Assembly (NCBI GenBank): GCA_035636315.1
Contig: DASPZJ010000048.1
Location: 908 to 64,907 of the forward strand
From: Thermoplasmata archaeon
GTDB taxonomy: Archaea; Thermoplasmatota; Thermoplasmata; RBG-16-68-12
Length of the DNA stretch: 64,000 nt
Direction of reading: 5' to 3'
The translations under genes were made by a program, and so were the position numbers. A model generated the notes under the pieces. That model was given only the letters and a program-made list of their open reading frames with translations, was not told the origin of the DNA and searched no databases. Shown here one piece after another: positions 20,252-29,794 of the stretch (position 1 is the stretch's first letter; each line of letters starts with the position of its first letter).

Positions 20252-23200
20252 CTCGGTCCACTTCCCGCTCGAAGAGCGTCAGCTGATGCGCATCGAGGGC
20301 GGACGGGTTGACGGACAGCAGGAGGACCGCCCCGTTGATTGCCACCTGGTCTCGCAGGGACTGGATGAGCCGGAGGATCGTGATGAAATTGTTATTCGTC
20401 ACGAGGTATTCGAGGCCGTCGATCAAGACGACTCCGGTCGTCCCGCCGAGGAATTGCTCGACCGAGAGGGAGAGTTTCTCCAGGTCCTTCGGTCGAACCG
20501 AGTTCTCCTTCCCGACGTTGCTGAGCCAGAGGATCCGGAGGTCCACACCTCCGAACCGCTCACGGACCTTCTTCGGATAGACCCGCGTGATGCAGAGGCC
20601 CGTCTTGCCGGCCTGCAAGGCGGTCCGGAACAAGTCGTACACCTCGCTCGGAGTCTTCTCTTCGATCAGGTACGTCGAGGAGTCCTTCAGAGGCTGCGCG
20701 GCTCCTTTCGCATCGCCGGCCTCGGGGTGACCTGCGCCCGGCGTCTGCGAGGCGCCACACGCGGGGCACACCGTCCACTCGGGTGGAAGCAGGGCGCCGC
20801 AGGCGACGCACGCGACGCGGGGTGCGACTGACGGCCCGATACCCGAGAGCACGAAGCCGCATGCCTCGCATGCGTCCGAGCCGGGCGGGACCGGAGCTTG
20901 GCAGTGGGGACAGGGCGTCGCCTTCGTCGTCGCGGGCTCGCCGCACCGGGGGCATCGTCGCACGCCGGCCGGAATCGTCGCGCCGCAGGTCGCACACTCG
21001 ACGTCGGCGGGTCCTTCCTTCGACAGCGCCCCCATGATCCGCTCGGCATCGGACGGTTCGAGGCCCTCGATGGCCGCGAGTTCCGCCTTCGTCGCCGCCT
21101 TGAGAGCGCCGACGCTCTTGTACCCGGCATCGAAGAGGGCCATCGCCTTCGCCGTCGTGATGCCGGGAACCTTCGTGAATTCGCGGAGCGACTCCGACAT
21201 GTGGAGCGGCGTCACCCCGATCGTGACCGAGCGGCCATCGACATCCTTCCATTCGACCACGTACTCCGATTCGACGTCCTTGTCCGTGAACGCGAGTCTG
21301 CGGGACCGCGTCTCCCGCGCCATGAACGCGGCCTGAGGCGCGAGCGTCGCGGCGAACTCCTTGTTCGTCTTGACGACCGTCGCAATGAAATCGTCCACTT
21401 CGAGGTCGATCTCCTTCCGCATCTGTTGCACGCGCCGGATGATCTCTCGGGCGTAGGCCTCCGCCTGGAGCTCCGGCGTCACGCGGAGGTCGAGATACAG
21501 CTCGCCGTGCGGTGTCGTCGCGACGAGGACGTCCGGAGGCACCTGCTTCTCGAATCGCACCATGGACGCGTCGATCGTGACGATCTGGCCTTCCACGCCG
21601 ACCTCGTACGGCCCCCGCTCGAGCGCCTTCCGGATCTCCTCGGCGGGCCGCGCCTCGAGGACCTTCACGATCTTCGGCTGGAGGACCTTGTACGCCTTTC
21701 CGATCGCGGCGGGATCTGGCTTGGCGACGATCGCCATCCCGGGGAACTCGTCCGTGGGCTTGAGGACGGCGAGCTCCTTCGCGTTCGTCAGTTCGAGGAA
21801 GACGCCCTTCAACGAATCGAGGGCGGCGGCCGCACCCGGCGTGGGTGCTCGGACCGCCACGAGCTTCAGCGGCCAGCGGAGCTTGCGGCCTCCCTTCTGC
21901 CGCTCCTTCGACACGACCTCGACGAGCTCTTGCACGATCGCCATCGACGCTTCGAGGTCCTCCTTGCGGCGTCCTTCGATGGTCGAGGGCCAATCGAGCA
22001 TGTGGACGCTGAGCTTGCGGCCGTCGAGACGCTGGTAGATCGCCTCGGCGATGTACGGCGTGATCGGCGCGAGCAGCGCGGCGACCGTCCCGAGCGATTC
22101 GTGCAGGACGCGGTAGGCGGCGAGCTTGTCACGGTCCGTCGCATCGGTCCACGTCCGTTCGCGGACGAGCTTGACGTACCAGCGGGACAAGTCGTCCAGG
22201 ATGAACGACTCGACGGCGCGGTACGCTCGGTGGAGGCTGTACGTCGCCATCTCGGCGTCGACCGTCGCCTTCACGCCCTCGAGGCGCGAGAGGAGCCAGC
22301 GGTCCTCGTGTCGAAGATGGCCCTCGACGTTCGGCGCGCCCGGTGCAAACGGATCGAACCGATCCAGTACCATGTACGTCGTCGCGAATCGGAGGACGTT
22401 CCAAAGGATATTCAGGGTGCGAAGGGCCGTCCGGACCCCGTCCTCTTGGAACGTGATGTCGTCCCAGGGAGCGTTCACGAGGACCATGTAGAGGCGGAGC
22501 GCGTCGACGCCGAACTTGTCCACGACCGTCGACGGCTCGACGTAATTCCCGAGGGACTTGTGCATCTGCCTACCATCTGGCCCGTTCACCCATCCGTGCA
22601 TAAGGACGGATTCGTACGGGGCACGGTCGAAGGCGACGACGCCGGCGGCGAGTTGCGAGTTGAACCAGCCGCGCGTCTGGTCCGGACCCTCGACGATCCA
22701 ATCCGCGGGCCACCACCGCTTGAACTCGTCCTCCCCCGCCGGATAGCCGAGGCTCGCCCAGGTCGAGACGCCGCTGTCGAACCAGACATCGACGATGTCG
22801 CGCACCCGCGCCATCGTCCCGCCGCACTCGCCGCACGGCAGGGTGACGGCATCGATGCCCGGCCGGTGGAGGTCCATGCCGTCCTGGTAGCCGCGGCCCT
22901 GCCGGAGTTCCACGGACGACCCAACGACGATCCAGTGGCGGCACTTTACGCACCGCCAGATCGGGAGAGGGATGCCCCAGTACCGCTGTCGGGAAACGCA
23001 CCAGTCGCGCAGGTCCTCCGTCCAGTGGAGCTGCCGGGCGGAGCCGGCCCAGTCCGGGTACCACCGGACGCGCCGCACCTCGTCGACCATCTTCGGCTTG
23101 ATGTCGGAGACCTTCAGGAACCATTGGACCGTGGCGCGGAACAGGATCGGCGTCTTGCACCGCCAGCAGTGGCCGTAGGCGTGGACGAGGGTCCCTTCGG

Positions 23201-24365
23201 CGAACAGCGCGCCCGCGGACCGCAGATCGTCGATGATGATCGGGTTCGCCTCTTTCACGTGTTTCCCGGCGTACTCGCCGGCGTCCGGCGTGAAGTGCCC
23301 CCGCTCGTCGACCGGGGAGAACGCCGGCAGGCCGAGCCGCTGCCCGAGCTCGAAGTCCTCCGGACCGTGACCGGGCGCGGAGTGGACCAGGCCCGTGTGC
23401 TCGGCCTCGACGACCTCGGACGCCACGACCTTGTGCACCCAATCGCCTTTGATGCCGGCCTGGTACGGGATCCGCGGGGCGAGCGGATGCAGGTACGCGC
23501 GGCCGACGAGCCGGTCCCCCGTCGTTCGTTCGGCGATGTCGTACGAGGCAATGCCACCGAGCGCCATCACCGTCGGGACCGCGGATTCCATCATCCAGAC
23601 GTACTCCGCCTTGTCGCCCGAACCAAACCGCACCTTGGCGTACGAGAACTGCGGATGGATCGCGATCGCGAGATTCGCGGGTAGCGTCCACGGCGTCGTG
23701 GTCCAAATGAGCAGGGATTCCTTCAGATGGCCCGCGAGCGGGAACTTCACGTAGATCGATGGATCGGTCTCGTCCGCGTACTCGACCTCCGCGTCCGCCA
23801 GGGCTGTCTCGTCCCGCGTGCACCATTGGATCGATCGCAGCGCTTCGTATAGGAGCCCCCTCTCGTACGCGCGCTTCAGGGTCCACCATGCGCCTTCGAT
23901 GTACTCGTTGCGGATCGTCATGTAGGGACGGTCCCAGTCCAGCCAGACACCGAGCGATTGGAACTGCTCCGTCATCTTCTTCAGGAGGTCCAGGGAGAAG
24001 TTCCGGCAGGTGTCGATGAACTTCGCGATTCCGAGGTCCTCGATCTCCTTCTTGTTCGTGATCCCGAGGGTCTTCTCGACCTGGACCTCGATCGGGAGGC
24101 CATGCATGTCGTAACCCGGCTGGTCGCGGACGCGGAAGCCCCGCATCCGGCGGTAGCGGACGACGGCGTCCTTGATCGTCTTGTTCAGCACCTGTCCAAG
24201 GTGGATCGTGCCGGTCGTGTACGGCGGGCCGTCGCCGAAGTAGTATTCCTCTCCGCGCTCGCGCGCGGCGACCGTCTTCGGGTAGACTTTCGCGCGCGTC
24301 CAGAATTCCTGGACCTGACGCTCTAGCTCCGCTGGAAGGTACGACTTCTCCGCCTGCTTGATCAT
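20226..24365 (-). CDS. ileS: isoleucyl-tRNA synthetase, continuing in frame without a stop into a ~324-aa HhH / multi-zinc-ribbon / DUF835-like module
   Basis: Start taken at MIKQAEKSY (ORF track 24398); class I motifs PPYTTGTIHLGQ and KSLGN, editing and anticodon domains; IleRS-like end ...SVTIGVTPLHM at ~21201, then SLREFTKVPGITTAKAM... (HhH), 4 CxxC pairs, then DUF835-like GLCITR...VLIDGLEYL... Confidence 0.8.
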   Translation of the reverse strand: MIKQAEKSYLPAELERQVQEFWTRAKVYPKTVAARERGEEYYFGDGPPYTTGTIHLGQVLNKTIKDAVVRYRRMRGFRVRDQPGYDMHGLPIEVQVEKTLGITNKKEIEDLGIAKFIDTCRNFSLDLLKKMTEQFQSLGVWLDWDRPYMTIRNEYIEGAWWTLKRAYERGLLYEALRSIQWCTRDETALADAEVEYADETDPSIYVKFPLAGHLKESLLIWTTTPWTLPANLAIAIHPQFSYAKVRFGSGDKAEYVWMMESAVPTVMALGGIASYDIAERTTGDRLVGRAYLHPLAPRIPYQAGIKGDWVHKVVASEVVEAEHTGLVHSAPGHGPEDFELGQRLGLPAFSPVDERGHFTPDAGEYAGKHVKEANPIIIDDLRSAGALFAEGTLVHAYGHCWRCKTPILFRATVQWFLKVSDIKPKMVDEVRRVRWYPDWAGSARQLHWTEDLRDWCVSRQRYWGIPLPIWRCVKCRHWIVVGSSVELRQGRGYQDGMDLHRPGIDAVTLPCGECGGTMARVRDIVDVWFDSGVSTWASLGYPAGEDEFKRWWPADWIVEGPDQTRGWFNSQLAAGVVAFDRAPYESVLMHGWVNGPDGRQMHKSLGNYVEPSTVVDKFGVDALRLYMVLVNAPWDDITFQEDGVRTALRTLNILWNVLRFATTYMVLDRFDPFAPGAPNVEGHLRHEDRWLLSRLEGVKATVDAEMATYSLHRAYRAVESFILDDLSRWYVKLVRERTWTDATDRDKLAAYRVLHESLGTVAALLAPITPYIAEAIYQRLDGRKLSVHMLDWPSTIEGRRKEDLEASMAIVQELVEVVSKERQKGGRKLRWPLKLVAVRAPTPGAAAALDSLKGVFLELTNAKELAVLKPTDEFPGMAIVAKPDPAAIGKAYKVLQPKIVKVLEARPAEEIRKALERGPYEVGVEGQIVTIDASMVRFEKQVPPDVLVATTPHGELYLDLRVTPELQAEAYAREIIRRVQQMRKEIDLEVDDFIATVVKTNKEFAATLAPQAAFMARETRSRRLAFTDKDVESEYVVEWKDVDGRSVTIGVTPLHMSESLREFTKVPGITTAKAMALFDAGYKSVGALKAATKAELAAIEGLEPSDAERIMGALSKEGPADVECATCGATIPAGVRRCPRCGEPATTKATPCPHCQAPVPPGSDACEACGFVLSGIGPSVAPRVACVACGALLPPEWTVCPACGASQTPGAGHPEAGDAKGAAQPLKDSSTYLIEEKTPSEVYDLFRTALQAGKTGLCITRVYPKKVRERFGGVDLRILWLSNVGKENSVRPKDLEKLSLSVEQFLGGTTGVVLIDGLEYLVTNNNFITILRLIQSLRDQVAINGAVLLLSVNPSALDAHQLTLFEREVDRVIPGKPSS

Positions 24366-24710
24366 CGCAGCCCCTCTCCCGGGGAATCGGGCCACCAAGA
24401 GGCTTCTTCATCGCCTCGGAGCGGCGGTCCGTTTATGCCAATAGCCATATTAAAAAGTGCGGGCCTACGCGGCTGCGTTCCACGGCCCCGCCCCTAACTC
24501 CGGTCGTGGAACAATCTGCTACGGCCGTGGAACAGGGAACGCCGCATTGGGTCGGTAGTCGTTGAATGGCGCGACGCCAGGGCATTGCCTCCAAGACGTG
24601 GACCGGACGAAATCGATAAAACGCCGGTGCCGATTCCGCCCGGCATGGCCAAGCCCGGCGACATCACATCTGTTCTGAACGTATAAGTATCCTCGCAGCC
24701 TTCAGTCAAA

Positions 24711-27245
24711 ATGGGTGGCTTGGAGAGTAGAAGAGACGTTCTGCGAATGTGCCTGATCGCAGGTTCGCTCTTGGCAACTGGCTTCGTTCTTCAAACATTT
24801 AGCACCGCGAATGCACAGGCTGCCCTCATACCTCATCAACCCATATCCATCTATGGCGACGACCAGTTCACGCCTGCCCACGGGGTTGTGACCGGGAATG
24901 GTACGGTGACGGACCCATTCGTTATCCAGGGTTGGGACATCGACGCCTCTTCGGCTACGGGGATCTATGTTCAAGACACGCAGGCTGTTTTCGTCATCCG
25001 GAATTGTCACATCCACGGCAACGCCGCCATCTCCTTCTGGAACGTGGTGCACGGCAATGTTGAAAACAATTCCATCGACGTCTCGGGACGTGCGATTGAG
25101 TTCGGCGAATCGGACGGCTTGCTTGTCAGCAACAATGATTTCTCGGGACCCGGCAGCGGGGTGGCGACATTCAGTTCCCGCCACGTCACGCTCTTTGCGA
25201 ACAGATTCGCCGCTGGAGGTGTATTTGTCAGCGGTGCTTTCGTCGACCAATATGACTCACTCCAGGTTCCTGCAAACAATACGATCAACGGCCGACCGAT
25301 CATGCTCGTAAAAGACTCGGCCGGCGCCGAGATTGATGGAGGGGACATCGGACAACTCCTATTGGTAAATGTAAGCGGCGCTCGAATTGCCAACCTAACA
25401 GTTGGCGGTGCATACGCGAACATGCTTCTCGCCTTCGTGAACGACACGACGCTTCTGCGGAACGTTGTCGCGAACGGTACGTATGGCATCTATGTGGACA
25501 AGTCATCGGACGTATGGATCACTGACAACAACGTCTCCTCGAACGTGGATACGGGGATCGGCATCTATTATTCAAGTACTGCCACGATAGTCGGAAACAA
25601 CATCGCTTCGAACCAATACGGAATTCGAATGGAGTTCGGGAGTTCCGCATCGATTTTCCACAACAACCTCGTCCGAAATGGGGTCCAAGCTGTCGTCGAC
25701 GTTGATTCCGGAGGGAAGTGGAACGACGTCTACCCGTCGGGGGGCAACTTTTGGTCAGATTATTCCGGTCTAGATTCCTGTAGTGGCAACGACCAAAACG
25801 TCTGTCCGAACCCGGATGGAATCGGCGATACGCCGCGCGCAATCAGCGACCTCCGAGCGGATAGAGACCGTTTTCCGTTGATGTCACCGTTCAGCGGCAC
25901 ATCTCCGCGACAACCGAGTCCGTATCCGCTCTACGGCAGCGTTTCAGAGGGATGGGGTAGCACACCGACATCGCTGACGAGTCCCGGTCCGGTCTTTGCA
26001 ACTCGGGAAGGCGAAACTATAACACTTCACCTTCTCAGCGTCGATGGCCTCACACACAGTTGGTTCCTCGACATCAACAACAACTCAATCCCAGACTCCG
26101 GAGAGCCCGTCAGCCCAGACTTTCAATCAGGAACCGTCCCCCTTAACTTCACGTTCAATGCTCCACCAGGTATGGTGGGCGCGTTCCCGTATCGGTGTCG
26201 CTACCACCCAGCCGTGATGAACGGACAGTTCGTGATTCGACCGAATCGGAGCGAACCGAGCTTCTCCCTCTACGGTAACTTCAACGGGTGGGGCTTGTCA
26301 ATGAACTCTACGTCGAATCCGGGACCGACCCTAGAGCTCTATTATGGAGAGGTCGCAACCCTCCAGCTGACGACGCTCGATTACACCCACTTCTTCACGT
26401 GGTTCATCGACTACAACAACGACACCGTCGAACAGGCATGGGAGCCGTCTTCTGGGGCATTTTGGTACCACTCCCCGATCCAAACGCGTTTCACCGCAAA
26501 CAGGCTAGGCACGTTCACCTATCGTAGCAGCGAATATCCCACAATAATGACTGGCCTAGTCCAAGTCACCGGTACTCAAATCAAACAGTCGGCGCCTCCG
26601 TCGACCGAAGCGAGCCTTGCCGGCAAACGTGGATCGAATGATTGGTTCGTCTCGGCCGTAACCGTCTCCCTGACCGCTTCCGATTTGCTCGGCTCCGTTA
26701 CACGGACTCAGTTCCGCATCGACCTTGGAGTTTGGTCGAACTACACCGCTCCGTTCACCATTGCCACGGATGGATTCCACGTGATGAGCTTCTATTCGAC
26801 CAATGATGCCGGCGACGTCGAAGCGGTGAAGTCCGCAATCGTCCGCATCGACACGGTTCCACCAGGAATCCGGATCTTCGACTCGGCCGAGTCGACAGTC
26901 TCCTCGCCGCTGACTGTGGACTGGCAAGTGCAAGATGCCAGTTCCGGGTTGGGATACTGTGTAATTCAAATGGACCAGGACGACCCCACCAATGTGGGGA
27001 CGACATCCTCCGCGACATTCAATCTCGCCGATGGAGTTCACACGTTCTCGGTCGTAGCGTTTGATTCAGCGGGAAACTCAGCATCAGCAACAGCTCGATT
27101 CGTCGTGGGTGGAAGCGCTGCCCAGAGCCCATTAGGGTTTCCCTCCAACTATGTGAGTGGCGGGGCCATCGCGGGGGTTGCGGGAGGCTTAGCTTTACTT
27201 TCGGCGTGGTGGATTAGAAGGCATCGTCGCCCACCTCGAAGATGA
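24711..27245 (+). CDS. secreted/surface protein: Tat-like signal, NosD-like right-handed beta-helix repeats, two cupredoxin-like domains (one with full type-1 Cu ligand set), Ig-like region, C-terminal TM anchor
   Basis: SRRDVLRMCLIAGSLLATG signal; repeated N..I / GIY..S..V..NN motifs (PbH1); GETITLHLLSVDGLTHSW...YRCRYHPAVMNGQF (H, C-x2-H-x3-M); second copy lacks Cys; C-terminal GGAIAGVAGGLALLSAWWIRRHRR. Confidence 0.65.
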   Translation: MGGLESRRDVLRMCLIAGSLLATGFVLQTFSTANAQAALIPHQPISIYGDDQFTPAHGVVTGNGTVTDPFVIQGWDIDASSATGIYVQDTQAVFVIRNCHIHGNAAISFWNVVHGNVENNSIDVSGRAIEFGESDGLLVSNNDFSGPGSGVATFSSRHVTLFANRFAAGGVFVSGAFVDQYDSLQVPANNTINGRPIMLVKDSAGAEIDGGDIGQLLLVNVSGARIANLTVGGAYANMLLAFVNDTTLLRNVVANGTYGIYVDKSSDVWITDNNVSSNVDTGIGIYYSSTATIVGNNIASNQYGIRMEFGSSASIFHNNLVRNGVQAVVDVDSGGKWNDVYPSGGNFWSDYSGLDSCSGNDQNVCPNPDGIGDTPRAISDLRADRDRFPLMSPFSGTSPRQPSPYPLYGSVSEGWGSTPTSLTSPGPVFATREGETITLHLLSVDGLTHSWFLDINNNSIPDSGEPVSPDFQSGTVPLNFTFNAPPGMVGAFPYRCRYHPAVMNGQFVIRPNRSEPSFSLYGNFNGWGLSMNSTSNPGPTLELYYGEVATLQLTTLDYTHFFTWFIDYNNDTVEQAWEPSSGAFWYHSPIQTRFTANRLGTFTYRSSEYPTIMTGLVQVTGTQIKQSAPPSTEASLAGKRGSNDWFVSAVTVSLTASDLLGSVTRTQFRIDLGVWSNYTAPFTIATDGFHVMSFYSTNDAGDVEAVKSAIVRIDTVPPGIRIFDSAESTVSSPLTVDWQVQDASSGLGYCVIQMDQDDPTNVGTTSSATFNLADGVHTFSVVAFDSAGNSASATARFVVGGSAAQSPLGFPSNYVSGGAIAGVAGGLALLSAWWIRRHRRPPRR

Positions 27246-27290
27246 CAGAAGGAATCATGACCCTCATGATCCACTGCCTTCTCCTTGAGG

Positions 27291-27367
27291 GGCCGGGAGC
27301 GAGATTTGAACTCGCGTCAAGGGATCCACAGTCCCCTAGCATAAGACCAGGCTAGCCCATCCCGGCC
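27291..27367 (-). tRNA. tRNA-His (anticodon GTG) with genomically encoded G-1; no encoded CCA
   Basis: Reverse complement: G-1, acceptor GCCGGGA/TCCCGGC, anticodon arm GGGGA-CTGTGGA-TCCCT (GTG at 34-36), T-arm GCGAG-TTCAAAT-CTCGC, discriminator C; D-arm carries AGCCTGG loop but stem pairing is imperfect. Confidence 0.8.
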
Positions 27368-27390
27368 GCAGGGCGACCGAAGATTCGAGG

Positions 27391-27404
27391 TGCATATAGG
27401 GTTT
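27391..27404 (-). promoter_or_regulatory. BRE/TATA box (CAAAAC-CCTATATGC on minus strand) ~30 nt upstream of tRNA-His 5' end
   Basis: Read directly; spacing matches archaeal promoter architecture. Confidence 0.45.
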
Positions 27405-27513
27405 TGGTCGGTTCGGCGCGAAGCCGGAGGCCGGCGTGCGCTCGAGTTCTTTCACCGACCTCCCGGGGCGGCGTTGAACTACCTCCGAGCCGGTTCGAGT
27501 CCACGGTCCGATT

Positions 27514-28056
27514 ATGTCCTTGCCGAAACGTAGCCCCCGACTCCGTCCCGACCGCGAGCGGTTGGAGTCGCAAATCGGCCGGTCGACGTTGATCGTGGTC
27601 CTGCTGGGATCGGCCGGAAACGGCCTCGAGGAGCGGAGACGGGCCGCCCGCCTCCTTAACGAGCTCGGGATGGCCGCGCTCGTGCCGGAAGATGACTTTC
27701 CTCGAGACGTAGGCGCCTCCGTCTTAGAGCGCGCAATCCTGTCCCGGGCCGACGTCGACTTGGTTTTCGTCAGCGTGGAGTCGTGGGGAAGCGCTACCGA
27801 GTTCGGGCAGTTCCATACGGATCCACGAATCGCCAGCAAACTCCGGGTCCTCGTCGACCCCGAGCACCATCCGCTCCATGACCCGAAAGATGGGTACCTG
27901 AAGGACCTGTACCTGACCCACCTCGCCGCATACGGCCACGTGTACGCCGTGGACGGCGGCCGCATGGTGCGCGTGCCTTCGAAGGAATCCCTCGTGCTCC
28001 TGATGGCGGAACGATACCGGCAGCTCAAACAGTTTCAGCCAAACCTTATCAGGTAA
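27514..28056 (+). CDS. hypothetical protein with nucleoside 2-deoxyribosyltransferase-like (NDT/LOG/SLOG-type Rossmann) features
   Basis: LIVVLLGSAGNG N-terminal strand-Gly loop and DVDLVFVSVESWGSATEFGQF resembling the D.G[ST]A.E.G catalytic-Glu motif of NDT-like enzymes; adjacent to tRNA-His. Confidence 0.4.
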   Translation: MSLPKRSPRLRPDRERLESQIGRSTLIVVLLGSAGNGLEERRRAARLLNELGMAALVPEDDFPRDVGASVLERAILSRADVDLVFVSVESWGSATEFGQFHTDPRIASKLRVLVDPEHHPLHDPKDGYLKDLYLTHLAAYGHVYAVDGGRMVRVPSKESLVLLMAERYRQLKQFQPNLIR

Positions 28057-28086
28057 AGATACTTATACCTCATCAACTATCGTTGA

Positions 28087-28449
28087 TTCACGAAAGCCGT
28101 TCCCGATATCCAAGAGATCGGCCCAGAGCTCCTCGACCTCCTGCGGGCGTACACCGCCCTCGACAATCCGATTCGCCTCAAGGCGTATCTTCTCGTCCGC
28201 GAGTCGGGCGACATCCCGTTTCACGCGCTGGCGAAGAGGTTGGGCGTGGAGAGTGGATTGCTCGCCTACCACCTCGGAGTCCTCAAGGTGGCGGACCTGG
28301 TCGAGATGAGATACGAGCGCGCGGGGCGCGAAATCTCGAGATACCGCCTCTCCGAACGTGGAAGGGAGCTCTACCCCACGCTGTTCCCGCCACGAAAGGA
28401 AGCGTCCAGGAAGTCCGCGAAAGCTTCCGTCCGAGTCGCCGCTCGATAG
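28087..28449 (+). CDS. ArsR/SmtB-type winged-HTH transcriptional regulator; no canonical start before internal TTG at 28240
   Basis: In-frame translation from stop at 28084: ...PELLDLLRAYTALDNPIRLKAYLLVRESGDIPFHALAKRLGVESGLLAYHLGVLKVADLVEMRYERAGREISRYRLSERG; TATA-like ACTTATAC at ~28063. Confidence 0.45.
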   Translation, partial: FTKAVPDIQEIGPELLDLLRAYTALDNPIRLKAYLLVRESGDIPFHALAKRLGVESGLLAYHLGVLKVADLVEMRYERAGREISRYRLSERGRELYPTLFPPRKEASRKSAKASVRVAAR

Positions 28450-28467
28450 GCGGACGGCGGCGTCGCG

Positions 28468-28725
28468 TCACTCTTTGGGCATCTCAAGAAGCCCCGCGAG
28501 TGGTTTTTGGACGAGGACCAGCGCCGATCCGATGAACACGATGCCGATCCCCATGACTCCGAGGAGCACCGCAACGTTCACCGGGGTAAGGATGACGCCG
28601 ATGCCGCCTGCGAACAGCAGCACGACGCCCGCGGTGCCGACCCGCACGCTCGTTCTCCGCCGACGTGCCGCAGCCTCCCGGGCCTCCCGCGCTCGCTCGG
28701 CGGGCGTCGTCCGGCTCGACTCCAT
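28468..28725 (-). CDS. small 2-TM membrane protein (hypothetical)
   Basis: 85 aa, R-rich N-terminus then two hydrophobic helices; weak. Confidence 0.3.
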   Translation of the reverse strand: MESSRTTPAERAREAREAAARRRRTSVRVGTAGVVLLFAGGIGVILTPVNVAVLLGVMGIGIVFIGSALVLVQKPLAGLLEMPKE

Positions 28726-28818
28726 GGAACCCGATTCGGCCCCTCTCTATTTCAGACCTCCGCACAGCGCCGCTGTCCCTGCACAAACGTTTTGTATCGC
28801 ACGAAGGATGGCACGCGG

Positions 28819-29748
28819 ATGGCCGCCAAGCGAGACCTCGTTTCGATGCTCGACGTCCGCGACGACCTGGTCGGGCTGCTCGAGTTGGCGGGAAAGATCA
28901 AGAATCGGACTAAGGCCGGCGAGCCGTACGAACCGCTGCGCGGAAAGAGCCTCGCGATGATCTTCGAGAAGGCGTCGACGCGCACGCGCGTCTCCTTCGA
29001 GGTCGGCATGACGCAACTCGGCGGCCATGCGCTCTTCCTGAGCCCGAACGACACGCAGGTCGGTCGAGGCGAGACGATCGCCGATACCGCCCGGGTCCTG
29101 AGCCGCTACGTCGACGGCATCATGTACCGCGCCTTTCGGCGGGAGAGCGTCCGAGAGCTCGCGGCGAACGCAACCGTGCCCGTGATCAATGGCCTCGATG
29201 ACAAGGAGCATCCCTGCCAGATCATCTCCGACCTGTTCACGATCCAGGAGAGGAAACGCTCCCTTTCGGGGCTCAAGCTCGGATACATTGGGGACGGCAA
29301 CAACGTGTGCAACTCCCTCTTGCTCGGGACCGCGATCGTCGGGATGCACATGAGCGCGGCGTGCCCGGAAGGCCACGAGCCAGACCCGGCACTCCTCGCG
29401 GAGGCGCGACGCATCGCGAAGGCGAGCGGCGCAAGACTCGGCATCGAACGCGATCCAAGGGCGGCCGCGAAGGACGCCGATTTCCTGTACACGGACGTGT
29501 GGGTGTCGATGGGGCAGGAGAAGGAACGCGAGGAAAGGGAGCGCGCCTTCAAGGCGTACCAGATCAACGCGAAGCTCCTCGAAGCTGCGAAGGAGGATGC
29601 CCTCGTGATGCACTGCCTACCGGCCCACCGTGGACTCGAGATCACGGACGACGTCATGGATGGGCCGCAGTCGATCGTGTTCGACCAAGCCGAGAACCGC
29701 CTGCACGCGCAGAAGGCGATTCTGGCCCGGCTCTTGGCCGGTATCTGA
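28819..29748 (+). CDS. argF: ornithine carbamoyltransferase
   Basis: [18 protein letters not shown] motifs; start taken at MAAKRDL (ORF-track upstream extension rejected). Confidence 0.85.
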   Translation: MAAKRDLVSMLDVRDDLVGLLELAGKIKNRTKAGEPYEPLRGKSLAMIFEKASTRTRVSFEVGMTQLGGHALFLSPNDTQVGRGETIADTARVLSRYVDGIMYRAFRRESVRELAANATVPVINGLDDKEHPCQIISDLFTIQERKRSLSGLKLGYIGDGNNVCNSLLLGTAIVGMHMSAACPEGHEPDPALLAEARRIAKASGARLGIERDPRAAAKDADFLYTDVWVSMGQEKEREERERAFKAYQINAKLLEAAKEDALVMHCLPAHRGLEITDDVMDGPQSIVFDQAENRLHAQKAILARLLAGI

Positions 29749-29794
29749 CCTCGCGCGACAACCCGTATATACGCCCCATCCTTTGCGGGCCGCG

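Noticed and set aside
27478-27495. GGTTCGAGTCC tRNA T-arm-like 11-mer
   Set aside because: Flanking bases do not form T-stem, acceptor stem or anticodon arm; at most a decayed tRNA fragment. Mentioned only as a possible integration relic.
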